Assembly: GCA_019690055.1 (NCBI GenBank)
Contig: JADGGF010000001.1
Span: forward strand, 1 to 34,350
From: Micromonosporaceae bacterium
Lineage (GTDB): Bacteria > Actinomycetota > Actinomycetes > Mycobacteriales > Micromonosporaceae
Direction: 5' to 3'
Length of the DNA: 34,350 nt
In this document: positions 8,960 through 22,052 of the stretch, in pieces
Position numbering within the stretch: the stretch's first letter is position 1
Layout of the letters: the number at the start of each line of letters is the position of its first letter
Translations under genes and position numbers: made by a program
Notes under the pieces: model-generated
What the model saw: the letters and a program-made list of their open reading frames with translations, nothing else
Database searches by the model: none
Told to the model about the DNA's origin: nothing

Positions 8960-10485
8960 TGAACCTCGCTCTGCTCGATCCCGTCGCCGGCCCGGTGGCC
9001 GGCGCGCTGCTCGGTCCCGTCGCCGCCCCGGTGGCCGGCGCGCTGCTCGCCGCCGTGCTGCCACGGCGGGTGGCCGCCTGGACCTCGCTGCTCGCCGCCG
9101 CCAGCGTGCTCGCCGCCGGCATCGCGCTCGCCGCCCACACGGGGCAGGGCGCGACGATCACCGCCGGGCTGCTGCGCGCCGACGCGCTCACCGCCTGGTT
9201 GGTGGTCGCCGTCGGCGCGGTCGCCACGGTCGCCTGCTGGGCGGGCGTACACCACCTGGCCGACCGAGCCCGCCACGGTGACCTCACTCCGGCCGCGGCG
9301 CGCCGCTACCTCGTGCTCGTGCAGGCCTTCCTGGCCTGCATGACCGTCGCGGTGATGGCGGCCAATGTTGGCCTGTTCTGGGTCGCGGTGGAGGCGACCA
9401 CGGTCGTGACCGCGTTCCTCGTGGGCCACCAGCGCACGCGGGCCAGCGTCGAGGCCGCCTGGAAGTACGTCGTGCTCTGCTCGATCGGCGTCGGTATCGC
9501 GTTGCTGGGCACAATCTGCGTCTACGCCGCCGCCATCGCCGCCGGCCCGGCTCCGCTCGGCGGCCTCGAGGCGCTGAACTGGTCCTACCTGAACCAGCAC
9601 GCGGCCCAGCTCGATCCGGGCCTGATGCGGTTGGCGGCCGGGTTGATCCTGCTCGGGTTCGGCGCCAAGGCCGGGCTCGTGCCGATGCACGCCTGGCTAC
9701 CCGACGCGCACAGCCAGGCGCCGGCCCCGGTCTCCGCCCTCATGTCCGGGGTCCTGCTGTCGGTCGCCTTCTACGGCATCCTCCGGTACAAGAGCGTCAT
9801 CGATGCCGCGCTCGGCCCCACGTACGTCCGGACCCTGCTGCTCGTCGCCGGCCTGGGTTCGCTGGCGCTGGCCGCCCTGCTGCTGATCGGTCAGCGCGAC
9901 TACAAGCGCCTGCTCGCCTACTCGTCGATCGAGCACATGGGGTTGATCGCGCTGGGCACCGCCATCGGCGGACGTCTGGCGATCGCCGCGGTGCTGCTGC
10001 ACATCCTCGGTCACGGACTGGCCAAGGCCGTCGCCTTCTGCGGCGCCGGGCACATCCTGCACCAGGTCGGCAGCCCGCTGATCACCCACGTGCACGGCGC
10101 CCTGGCCCGCACTCCGGCCACCGCGGGGCTGTTCGGCCTGGCCGTGGTCGCGCTGCTCGGCCTGCCCCCGTTCGCGCTGTTCGCCTCCGAGATCACCCTG
10201 GCCCGGGCCGGGTTCGCCGCCGGGATGGGCGCGGTCGTCGCCGCCGCCTTCCTGCTGGTGCTCGTCGCGTTCGCCGCGATCGCCCGCCGCGCCGCGGGCA
10301 TGCTCCTCACGCCGTCCCCGACGTCTCCGTCGGCCCCGGCCGAGCACCCCGGCCCCCGTCCCGGGCTGCGGTGGCTGCCGCTGGCCCTGGGGTTGGTCGC
10401 GGCGGCCGGGCTGGGGATCTGGCTCGGACCGCTGCAGCCACTGCTGGACAGCGCCGCCCTCATCGCCGCCGAGGGGATCCGATGA
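8959..10485 (+). CDS. NuoN/NuoM/HyfF-like antiporter-type membrane subunit
   Basis: ATG at 8959 shares one nt with the TGA at 8957-8959. 508 aa. Contains KAGLVPMHAWLPDAHSQAPAPVSALMSGV, the antiporter-like signature. Confidence 0.8.
   Translation: MNLALLDPVAGPVAGALLGPVAAPVAGALLAAVLPRRVAAWTSLLAAASVLAAGIALAAHTGQGATITAGLLRADALTAWLVVAVGAVATVACWAGVHHLADRARHGDLTPAAARRYLVLVQAFLACMTVAVMAANVGLFWVAVEATTVVTAFLVGHQRTRASVEAAWKYVVLCSIGVGIALLGTICVYAAAIAAGPAPLGGLEALNWSYLNQHAAQLDPGLMRLAAGLILLGFGAKAGLVPMHAWLPDAHSQAPAPVSALMSGVLLSVAFYGILRYKSVIDAALGPTYVRTLLLVAGLGSLALAALLLIGQRDYKRLLAYSSIEHMGLIALGTAIGGRLAIAAVLLHILGHGLAKAVAFCGAGHILHQVGSPLITHVHGALARTPATAGLFGLAVVALLGLPPFALFASEITLARAGFAAGMGAVVAAAFLLVLVAFAAIARRAAGMLLTPSPTSPSAPAEHPGPRPGLRWLPLALGLVAAAGLGIWLGPLQPLLDSAALIAAEGIR
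8980..9051 (+). repeat. In-frame 36-bp tandem duplication (x2) at the N-terminus of the HyfF-like subunit
   Basis: Units 8980-9015 and 9016-9051 agree at 33 of 36 positions. They encode PVAGPVAGALLG / PVAAPVAGALLA. Confidence 0.85.
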
Positions 10486-12005
10486 CCGAACGCGCCACCG
10501 TCGATGTCAACAGCGCCGATGAGTTGCGGGAGCGCACCGCCCGGTTGCTCGGCGACGGGTTCCGGCTCGCCCTCGTGGCGGCGCACCACGACGCCTTGCG
10601 TGTCGGGGACGCCGCGCACCTTGGGGACGACGCGCAGATCCGGATCGTCTACCTGTTCACCGCCGGCCCGCCCGACCGGCGCCTGGAACTGGTGTGGCGC
10701 ACCGACGCGCCCCACCCGACCGTACCGAGCATCGCGGCCCTGTCGTTCCCCGGCAGCCGGTTCGAACGGGAGATGCACGACCTGTACGGCGTACGGCCCG
10801 ACGGGCACCCCATGCTGCGGCCCCTGGTGCACCATCCACACTGGCCGGACGGCTGGTACCCCATGCGCCGCGACGCCGGGCCCCGTCCCCCGCTGCAGGC
10901 CCACCGGCCGTTCCCGTTCCTCACCGTGGCCGGCGACGGCGTCTACGAGATCCCGGTCGGCCCCGTCCACGCTGGACTAATCGAACCTGGCCACTTCCGG
11001 TTCTCGGTGGTGGGCGAGACGATCCTCCGTCTCAAGGCCCGCCTCTGGTACGTCCACAAAGGAATCGAGAAGCTCGCCGAGGGCCGGACCGTCCTGGAGA
11101 ACCTGCCGCTCGCCGAGCGCGTCTCCGGCGACACGGCGATCGGCCACGCCCTGGCCTACTGCCTGGCCGTCGAGGACGCCCTCGGCCTCGAGGTCGGCGA
11201 GGACGTCGCCGCTGTCCGGTCCGTGCTGCTCGAGCTGGAGCGCCTGCACAACCACGTCGCCGACATCGGCGCCATCTGCAACGACGTCGCCTTCGGCATC
11301 GCCCACGCCCACACCCAGCGCATCCGCGAGTCGCTGCTGCGCCTCAACAAGGCGGTCACCGGTCACCGCCTGCTGCGGGGCGGCGTCGTCCCCGGAGGCG
11401 CGCAGATCGCCACTGGGCCGGACCTGCGCACCGTGGCGACGGCGGCCCGCGACCTCGCCGAGGTCGTCGCCTACGCGCTCGACCACAGCGTCGTCCGCGA
11501 ACGCCTGACCGGCACGGCCGTCCTCACCGCCGACCAGGCCCGCGACACGGGCGCACTCGGGTACGTCGCCCGGGCCAGCGGCCTGGCCTACGACGCCCGC
11601 GTGGCCCACCCGTTCCTCGCCAGCGGTCCCGAGGTCACCGTGGTCACTCGGGACACCGGCGATGTGCTCGCGCGGTTCCTGGTCCGCGCCGACGAGGCCC
11701 AGCACAGCGCCGCGCTGGTCCAGGCGCTCGCCCCGGCCCTGCCCACCGGCCGGATCGGGGTCACGGATGCCGGCCCGACCGGCGGCGCGACGCGCTCCGG
11801 CGTCGGCATCGTCGAAGGCTGGCGCGGCACGATCGTCCACCGGGTCGAGATCGGTCCCGACGGGCGCCTGCGCCGATGGAAGATCGTCGACCCATCCTTC
11901 CTCACGTGGCCTGCCCTGCCCCTGGCCATGGCCGACACGATCGTGCCCGACTTCCCGCTGGCCAACAAGAGCTTCAATCTCTCCTACGCCGGCAACGACT
12001 TGTAG
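10482..12005 (+). CDS. NuoC-NuoD fusion / HycE-like large subunit lacking the [NiFe] cysteine ligands
   Basis: ATGA overlap at 10482-10485. 507 aa. GPVHAGLIEPGHFRF and LELERLHNH are NuoD/HycE-like. The site expected to read RxCGxC reads AERVSGDTAIGH, and the C-terminus reads NKSFNLSYAGNDL where DPCxxCxxR is expected. Confidence 0.85.
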   Translation: MTERATVDVNSADELRERTARLLGDGFRLALVAAHHDALRVGDAAHLGDDAQIRIVYLFTAGPPDRRLELVWRTDAPHPTVPSIAALSFPGSRFEREMHDLYGVRPDGHPMLRPLVHHPHWPDGWYPMRRDAGPRPPLQAHRPFPFLTVAGDGVYEIPVGPVHAGLIEPGHFRFSVVGETILRLKARLWYVHKGIEKLAEGRTVLENLPLAERVSGDTAIGHALAYCLAVEDALGLEVGEDVAAVRSVLLELERLHNHVADIGAICNDVAFGIAHAHTQRIRESLLRLNKAVTGHRLLRGGVVPGGAQIATGPDLRTVATAARDLAEVVAYALDHSVVRERLTGTAVLTADQARDTGALGYVARASGLAYDARVAHPFLASGPEVTVVTRDTGDVLARFLVRADEAQHSAALVQALAPALPTGRIGVTDAGPTGGATRSGVGIVEGWRGTIVHRVEIGPDGRLRRWKIVDPSFLTWPALPLAMADTIVPDFPLANKSFNLSYAGNDL

Positions 12006-12022
12006 GCCGATCTGAGCAGCTC

Positions 12023-13009
12023 CTACGGGCGGAGCGACCGCTCGCGCGCCTCGTCGATGACCTCGGCCACCGGGCGGCGCGGCGTGGCCGGGGCCGGATC
12101 GCCGTACCCGATCCGCAGCACCATCTGGGGCGTGCCGGGGCGGCCGAGGGCGATTCGCAACTGCTCCCGGGCCGCACCGACCTCGATCGGCTGGGACAGC
12201 ATGGAGCTGGCCAGGCCGTGGTCGGTGATGGTGAGCAGCACGTGCTGCAGCGCGTAACCGGCCTGCAGCTGGTCCCGGTGAGTGTTGCCGGTCGTGCCCA
12301 GCACGCCGACGAGCGGCTCCTCCCGGGGGTCCGTCGCGGCGCGGACGAGCTCGCCGAACGGCCGCTGGGGCAGCAGATCCTGCGGCCCCACGCTGAGCCC
12401 GCCGGCCCCGGCCGGGACGCCGTCGATCGCACGACCGTCGCGCCGGGTCCACGCCGCGAGCTCGGACGCGTAGGCGGTGTTGCGCAGCAGGACCCGGTTG
12501 GCCGCGTGGGCGATCTCGCTGACCGCGGCGAGCGGGACCGGGCCGACCACCAGGTCCAGCCAGGCGCCGGCGCTGGCCGCCGCCTGGATCATGGCGATGC
12601 GGGCCGCGGACGGTACCGGCTCCGGGCGGAAGGGCCGGCGGTTGCTGCGGCGGTACGGAATCGCCCGAAACAGCCGTTCCTGGGCGGGCGTCGGGGGCCG
12701 CGCGGGCTCGGGGCGCAGCGCGGCCATCAGCGTGGGCTGGGCCGGGTCCGGGCGCCAGTGCACGGACAGCGGCGTCCCGTTAACCGCGAAAGCGAGCGCC
12801 AGGTTGTACGTCGCCGCCCCGCAGGCGATGCGGACGGCCCATCCGTCGGGATCGGCGACGGGCGGCGTCCGGCCGGGGTCGGCCAGGACGTGGACCTCGT
12901 CCCCGTCGAGGCGAAACCGCCAGGGCTGGCTGTTGTGCAGCGACGGGGCCAGGATCGCAGCCTCGACGGCGAGACGGAACTCGCGGTCGCTGATCGACAC
13001 GGGCGTCAC
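12023..13009 (-). CDS. Acg-family nitroreductase-like protein (Rv2032/Rv3131 type)
   Basis: ORF 12023..13075(-). APSLHNSQPWRFRL is the Acg-family motif. GTG at 13009 is preceded by GGAGGGAAGAG and gives 328 aa. The ATG at 13075 is the alternative start. Confidence 0.8.
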   Translation of the reverse strand: MTPVSISDREFRLAVEAAILAPSLHNSQPWRFRLDGDEVHVLADPGRTPPVADPDGWAVRIACGAATYNLALAFAVNGTPLSVHWRPDPAQPTLMAALRPEPARPPTPAQERLFRAIPYRRSNRRPFRPEPVPSAARIAMIQAAASAGAWLDLVVGPVPLAAVSEIAHAANRVLLRNTAYASELAAWTRRDGRAIDGVPAGAGGLSVGPQDLLPQRPFGELVRAATDPREEPLVGVLGTTGNTHRDQLQAGYALQHVLLTITDHGLASSMLSQPIEVGAAREQLRIALGRPGTPQMVLRIGYGDPAPATPRRPVAEVIDEARERSLRP

Positions 13010-13080
13010 CTCTTCCCTCCGGTCATCCCCCCACGGTGCCCAGTACGCACCGTTTCGGGCAGGGCCAGAGGTCACGAGCT

Positions 13081-13096
13081 GGGTGACCTTTCACCC
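13081..13096. promoter_or_regulatory. 16-bp perfect palindrome GGGTGA-CCTT-TCACCC (unknown regulator)
   Basis: Read directly, in the acg/dosR divergent spacer. GGGTGACC recurs at 4278-4285, upstream of the ArsR gene. Confidence 0.3.
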
Positions 13097-13152
13097 GATG
13101 TCGACGAGAGGCCACCCGAAATCGGCCCGTCGCGGGACGGTCGTTCGCGCAT

Positions 13153-13172
13153 ATCGGGACTTTCGTCCCGGC
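13153..13172. promoter_or_regulatory. DosR/DevR-type box (core GGGACTTTCGTCCC, 13156-13169)
   Basis: 13 of 14 core positions match the published M. tuberculosis consensus GGGACTWWAGTCCC. The core ends 35 nt before the dosR-like ATG, in the spacer shared with the divergent acg-like gene. A weaker box, GGGACGGTCGTTCG, lies at 13134-13147, 22 nt away. Confidence 0.65.
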
Positions 13173-13204
13173 ACGACCCATGGGTCATCGGGTATGAATG
13201 AGCA

Positions 13205-13840
13205 ATGATCCGTGTGTTCCTGCTTGACGACCACGAGGTGGTCCGCGCCGGGCTGAAGGAGCTGCTGCAGCACGACGGCGACATTGAGGTCGTCGGCGAG
13301 TCCGGCTCCGCGCAGGAGGCGGCTCGCCGCATACCTGCGCTGCGGCCCCACGTGGCCGTGCTGGACGCACGGCTGCCCGACGGCAACGGTATCGACGTCT
13401 GCCGCGAGATTCGTTCGGTCGACCCCAGCATTCAGGGGTTGATCCTCACCTCGTACGAGGACGACGAGGCGCTCTTCGCCGCGATCATGGCCGGGGCCGC
13501 CGGGTACGTGCTCAAGCAGATCAAGGGCACCGACCTGGTCGACACGATCCGGCGGGTGGCGGCGGGCCAGTCGATGCTCGACCCGGTCGTCACCCAGCGG
13601 GTCCTGGAGCGGATCCGGCACGGGGTGGAGACCCCGGACGAGCTCGCCGTGCTCACCGAGCAGGAACGGCGGATCCTTGTCCACATCGCCGAGGGCCTGA
13701 CCAACCGGGAGATCGCGGCCAAGATGTTCCTGGCCGAGAAGACGGTCAAGAACTACGTGTCAAGCCTGCTCGCCAAGCTCGGCCTGGAGCGGCGCACGCA
13801 GGCGGCCGTGCTGGCCACCCGCCTGCTCGGCAAGCGCTAG
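13205..13840 (+). CDS. dosR: DosR/DevR-like NarL/LuxR-family response regulator
   Basis: 211 aa. MIRVFLLDDHEVVRAGL...HVAVLDARLPDGNGIDVCREI...LILTSYEDDEAL...AGAAGYVLKQIKG aligns by eye almost block-for-block with DevR. C-terminal LuxR HTH: LTNREIAAKMFLAEKTVKNYVSSLLAKLG. Confidence 0.9.
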   Translation: MIRVFLLDDHEVVRAGLKELLQHDGDIEVVGESGSAQEAARRIPALRPHVAVLDARLPDGNGIDVCREIRSVDPSIQGLILTSYEDDEALFAAIMAGAAGYVLKQIKGTDLVDTIRRVAAGQSMLDPVVTQRVLERIRHGVETPDELAVLTEQERRILVHIAEGLTNREIAAKMFLAEKTVKNYVSSLLAKLGLERRTQAAVLATRLLGKR

Positions 13841-14030
13841 CCGGGGCGGGACCTGGCCTCTTGCCACAACTAGACTTGCGGCCTCGGGCCGCGTGGACCT
13901 GGACTGATCAATCTGGCTGCTGACCAAGCACCGGAGTGTTCCTTACATGACGAGCGAGCGAGGAGGGAAGGCCACGCATCAAGGGCCCGAGGCCGTGCGA
14001 GCGCCAGCGAGCACCAGAATTTAGGAAACC

Positions 14031-14063
14031 CGAAGCCATAGTTAGGTACGAAGCCATAGTTGG

Positions 14064-14066
<3 letters not shown>
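14031..14066. repeat. 18-bp tandem repeat x2 (CGAAGCCATAGTTAGGTA / CGAAGCCATAGTTGGTTA)
   Basis: 16 of 18 positions identical. The second unit ends on the TAA stop of the kinase gene (14064-14066, minus). Located in a low-GC convergent spacer. Confidence 0.75.
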
Positions 14067-18589
<4,523 letters not shown>

Positions 18590-18640
18590 CACACTGCCTC
18601 CTCGTGCCCACTCCACCGTGGACCGGTCTCGATCGACAGG

Positions 18641-18660
18641 GCAGGGCCGAAGGTCCGGCC
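18641..18660. promoter_or_regulatory. Degenerate DosR-type box (core GGGCCGAAGGTCCG, 18644-18657)
   Basis: GGG-8 nt-CC spacing is right, and 9 of 14 core positions match. Located in the divergent spacer between the ATPase-kinase operon and the hspX-like gene. A related GGCCGGATGGTCCGG lies at 18681-18695. Confidence 0.35.
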
Positions 18661-18760
18661 ATCGGCGGCCGGTCGACCCTGGCCGGATGGTCCGGATCGC
18701 GCTGCCATGGAAGCCGGGGAACGGTTCATGAAGCTGGGGAAGGTGAGGAAGGAGGACGCC

Positions 18761-19144
18761 ATGACGACCCTCGTACCGAGGCTCTGGGCGGAGATGACCG
18801 ACTGGCTGGAGCAGGACCTGATGCCGCGGGGCATCCGTCTGGAGGACCGGATCACCGACACCGAGTACACGGTCCGCGCCGAGTTGCCCGGGTTGGATCC
18901 CGAGAAGGACATCCAGCTCACGGTCGCGCACGGGGTGCTCACGATCCACGCCGAGCGCAAGGAGCAGACGCAGACCAGGCACCGCACCGAGTTCCGCTAC
19001 GGGGTCTTCGAGCGGTCGATCCGGCTGCCGGCCAACGCCGAGGAGTCCAAGATCAAGGCCGACTACCGTAACGGAATCCTGGAGATCACGGTGCCGCTGA
19101 CGCCGGTGGAGACCGCGCGGCGGATCGCGATCACCAGCAAGTAG
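18761..19144 (+). CDS. Hsp20/alpha-crystallin family protein (HspX/Acr-like)
   Basis: ORF 18707..19144(+). ATG at 18761 follows GGAAGGAGGA. RAELPGLDPEKDIQLTV...LTIHAERKEQ...EFRYGVFERSIRLP...IKADYRNGILEITVP is closely HspX-like. Confidence 0.85.
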   Translation: MTTLVPRLWAEMTDWLEQDLMPRGIRLEDRITDTEYTVRAELPGLDPEKDIQLTVAHGVLTIHAERKEQTQTRHRTEFRYGVFERSIRLPANAEESKIKADYRNGILEITVPLTPVETARRIAITSK

Positions 19145-19223
19145 CCGATCAGCAGCTCGTAGCCGGTCACGGGCAATAAACCCGATCACCAGCCCAAAAA
19201 TCCTGCCCGAACCGGGGCGCCGA

Positions 19224-19243
19224 ACCGGGGGCGGTGCCCCGGT
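19224..19243 (+). terminator. GC-rich hairpin ACCGGGG-GCGGTG-CCCCGGT downstream of hsp20
   Basis: 7-bp stem with a 6-nt loop in the convergent spacer. No clear T-tract, so weak. Confidence 0.25.
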
Positions 19244-19331
19244 CCTCGTATTCGCCCATCGGCGGACACCGGCGACGCGGGCTCCGTCCACATCGGACTA
19301 CATCAGGGTACGTACGTCAGACCACAGTGGA

Positions 19332-22013
19332 CTACGCCGGGCGGCGCAACTGGCGCAGCGTGGCATCGGGCTCGGGACCAACCTCGCTCAGCCGCAACTT
19401 GGCGTCCACCACCACGGCCCCGGACGCCGAGACCAGGATCGGGTTGAGGTCGAGCTCGGCCACCTCGGGCAGATCCTCGGCAAGCCGGCCCAGCCGCAGC
19501 AGCAGATCCTCCACCGCGTCGACCGCGACCGGCGGGCTACCCCGGTAGCCGGTCAGCAACGGGGCGGCCCGCAGCGACCGCCACATCCGCGCCGCGTCCC
19601 GGTCGGTCATCGGCACCAGAGTGAAGGCACGGTCGGCGAGGAGTTCGGTGTGGACGCCGCCGAGCCCGGTCATCACGAGCGATCCGAAGAGCGGGTCGTG
19701 GGCGATGCCGGCGACCAACTCGACCGACCCACGGGCCATCGGCTGGACCAGGACGGCCGGCTCGGCGACCCCCAGCGCCGCGCCGATCGCCGCGTAGGCG
19801 GCACGAACCTCGTCCGGGTCGGCCAGGTTCAGCCGGACCCCACCGACGTCGCTCTTGTGCACCAGGGCCGGATCGGCGGCCTTCAGCACGACCGGGAAGC
19901 CCACCTGCTCCGCCGCGGCCACGGCGGCGTCGCGGTCCGTCGCGGTGACCGTCCGCACGACCGGGATTCCGTAGCGGCTCAGCAGGTCGGCGATGCGAGC
20001 GTGCGGCTGCCAGCCACCGCCCTCGGCGAGCGCCCGGTGCACGATCGCGCGGGCCGCCGATGTGTCCACATCAGACAACAGCGGGTCGTGGCCGATGGGC
20101 GCGCGGCGCCAGGCGGCGTACCGGGCCGCCTTGGCCACCGCGGCGACCGCCCGCTCGGGCAGGTCGAACACGGGCACGCGGCGAGCGCCCACGGCCCCCG
20201 CCGTGGTCGCGCCGAGCACCACGAGCGCCATCGGCAGGTCGGGGTATCGGTCGGCCACCGGGGTCAGCGCGTCGAGGATGGACGCCACGTTGTTCGTCCG
20301 GGTCGCGGCCACCACCGTCAGCACGGCGTCGAACTCACCGCTCGCGGCGATCCGATCCAGCGACGCGGCGAACGCGTCGGGGGTTGCACCTGCGCCGAGG
20401 TCGAGCGGGTTGCTGACGCCGAGCCGGCTCAGGTCCTCGCTGGCCGCCGGCACGGTCAGGTCGCTGGCCTCGGCCGCGTCGGCGGCGAGCACGTTCACCC
20501 CGCCGGCGTTGCCCAGGATGGCCAACCGGTGGCCACGCGGCAGCGGCTGGTCGGTGACCAGGCGAGCCGTGTCGATCAGCTCGCCGAGATGATCGACGCG
20601 GATGATGCCGGCCTGGGCACAGAGCGTGTCGACCGCCACCGCTGGCGAGGCCGCAGCCGCGGTGTGCGAGGCGCCGGCCCGTTGGCCGGCCGAGGACCGG
20701 CCACTGACGACCGCGATGATCGGCTTGCGGCGGGTCAGTGACCGCGCGATGCGGGCGAACCGGCGCGGGTTGCCGAACGACTCAAGGTACAGGGCGACCG
20801 CGGTCGTGGCCGGATCGTCGTACCAGTACGACAAGAGATCGTTGCCGCTCACGTCCGCCTTGTTACCAAGAGATACACATGCGGATATGCCCAGACCTGC
20901 CCGGGCCACGTGGTCGAGCACGGCGATACCGATCGCCCCGGACTGGGTCGCCAGCGCCAGGCCGCCGGCCGGCGGCAGCGCCGGCGCGAAGAGCGCGGCC
21001 AGCCGGACCTCGGGATCGGTGTTCAGCACGCCGAGGCAGTTGGGGCCGACGATCCGGATGCCGTGCCGCCGGGCGAGGCGGACGAGCTCGGCCTGGCTCG
21101 CGGCCCCGCGCTCATCGGCCTCTCGAAATCCCGCGCTGAGAATCACCGCGGCCCGCACGCCGGCCGCGGCGGCGTCGGCCATCACGTTCGGCACGCTCGG
21201 GGCCGGCACGGCGACGACGACCAGGTCGACCCGCTCGGGGATGGCGCTGATGGTCGGGAAGGCGGGTACGCCGGCGATCTGGGTCGCCTGGGGGTTGACC
21301 GCGTAGACCCGACCGGTGAACCCGTACTCGACCAGCGACCGCAGGGTCGCGTGGCCGACGCCGCCGGGCCGCCGGGAGGCTCCGACCACGGCCACGACCC
21401 GGGGCGCCAGCAGCGGGCGCAGGGAGGCGCTCGCGGCGCAGCGGTCCCGCGCGTCCGCCAGGGCGAGCGCGGACTCATCGGGCTCGGTACGCAGCCGGAC
21501 ATCGACCACGCCCGCATCGCTGTGCAGGGACGACCGGCGGTCCAGGTCACGGACGACGCGCAGCATGTCGCCGTTGCTGGAGAGCACCTCACCGACCAAC
21601 TCGGACACTCCGGCCCGCCGGGCCCGGGCGGCCAGGTGCTCCAGCAGCAAGGTGCCCACGCCGCGGTTGTGGTGCGCCTCGTCGACGTACACCGCGAACT
21701 CGGCACTGCCGGAGTCCGGCGGTCGGCGCTCGTACGAGGCCACCCCGATGACGGTGTCGCCGGCCAGCGCCACGATGACGTCGTGATCGGGGACACCGGC
21801 GCCGGCCGGCCGCACGAGCCGGGCGATCTCCTGGTCCAACGCGGCCGGCCCGGGCACGCCGAAGAACCGTCGACGCAACGCGTCGGCCGAGGCGCGGCCG
21901 AACAGGGCGCGCAGCTCGGCCTCGTCACCGGGGATGACGGATCGAATCTGGATGATGCCGCCGTCAGCGGTGAGCGCATCGATCAGGATGGGAGCCGGCT
22001 GGCTGATGGTCAC
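19332..22013 (-). CDS. N-terminal GNAT acetyltransferase fused to NDP-forming acyl-CoA synthetase-like domains (actinobacterial PatA-type protein acetyltransferase)
   Basis: Part of ORF 19332..23237(-). GTG at 22013 is preceded by GAGGGAG. GNAT motif HNRGVGTLLLEHLAARARRAG, then the CoA-binding segment VVAVVGASRRPGGVGH, the ligase-CoA domain and the ATP-grasp segment (GFPVVLKAADPALVHKSDVGGV). 893 aa. Confidence 0.8.
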   Translation of the reverse strand: MTISQPAPILIDALTADGGIIQIRSVIPGDEAELRALFGRASADALRRRFFGVPGPAALDQEIARLVRPAGAGVPDHDVIVALAGDTVIGVASYERRPPDSGSAEFAVYVDEAHHNRGVGTLLLEHLAARARRAGVSELVGEVLSSNGDMLRVVRDLDRRSSLHSDAGVVDVRLRTEPDESALALADARDRCAASASLRPLLAPRVVAVVGASRRPGGVGHATLRSLVEYGFTGRVYAVNPQATQIAGVPAFPTISAIPERVDLVVVAVPAPSVPNVMADAAAAGVRAAVILSAGFREADERGAASQAELVRLARRHGIRIVGPNCLGVLNTDPEVRLAALFAPALPPAGGLALATQSGAIGIAVLDHVARAGLGISACVSLGNKADVSGNDLLSYWYDDPATTAVALYLESFGNPRRFARIARSLTRRKPIIAVVSGRSSAGQRAGASHTAAAASPAVAVDTLCAQAGIIRVDHLGELIDTARLVTDQPLPRGHRLAILGNAGGVNVLAADAAEASDLTVPAASEDLSRLGVSNPLDLGAGATPDAFAASLDRIAASGEFDAVLTVVAATRTNNVASILDALTPVADRYPDLPMALVVLGATTAGAVGARRVPVFDLPERAVAAVAKAARYAAWRRAPIGHDPLLSDVDTSAARAIVHRALAEGGGWQPHARIADLLSRYGIPVVRTVTATDRDAAVAAAEQVGFPVVLKAADPALVHKSDVGGVRLNLADPDEVRAAYAAIGAALGVAEPAVLVQPMARGSVELVAGIAHDPLFGSLVMTGLGGVHTELLADRAFTLVPMTDRDAARMWRSLRAAPLLTGYRGSPPVAVDAVEDLLLRLGRLAEDLPEVAELDLNPILVSASGAVVVDAKLRLSEVGPEPDATLRQLRRPA

Positions 22014-22052
22014 GGTCTGCTCCCTCGTGGGGGATCTGCAAGCACTTCCGCG

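Noticed and set aside
4857-12005. Calling the operon a functional formate hydrogenlyase / [NiFe] hydrogenase
   Set aside because: The large subunit lacks the four Ni-Fe cysteines, and no FdhF, HycF, Hyp or HycI genes are present in the window.
13010-13075. Upstream ATG extension of the first acg-like gene
   Set aside because: The GTG at 13009 has a strong SD and gives the family-typical length of about 330 aa. The extension is not excluded, so it is noted as an alternative.
10694-13201. 835-aa plus-strand ORF spanning the hycE-like and acg-like genes
   Set aside because: Extreme Arg/Pro/Gly content, and it crosses a convergent gene junction. The real genes are 10482..12005(+) and 12023..13009(-).
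18707-18760. Upstream ATG extension of the hsp20 gene
   Set aside because: The strong GGAAGGAGGA sits just before ATG 18761, and the extension (MEAGERFMKLGKVRKEDA) is translated from that RBS region.
19207-19233. 13-bp tandem CCGAACCGGGGCG / CCGAACCGGGGGCG
   Set aside because: Short GC-rich duplication within a convergent spacer. It is better explained as part of the terminator-like hairpin region.
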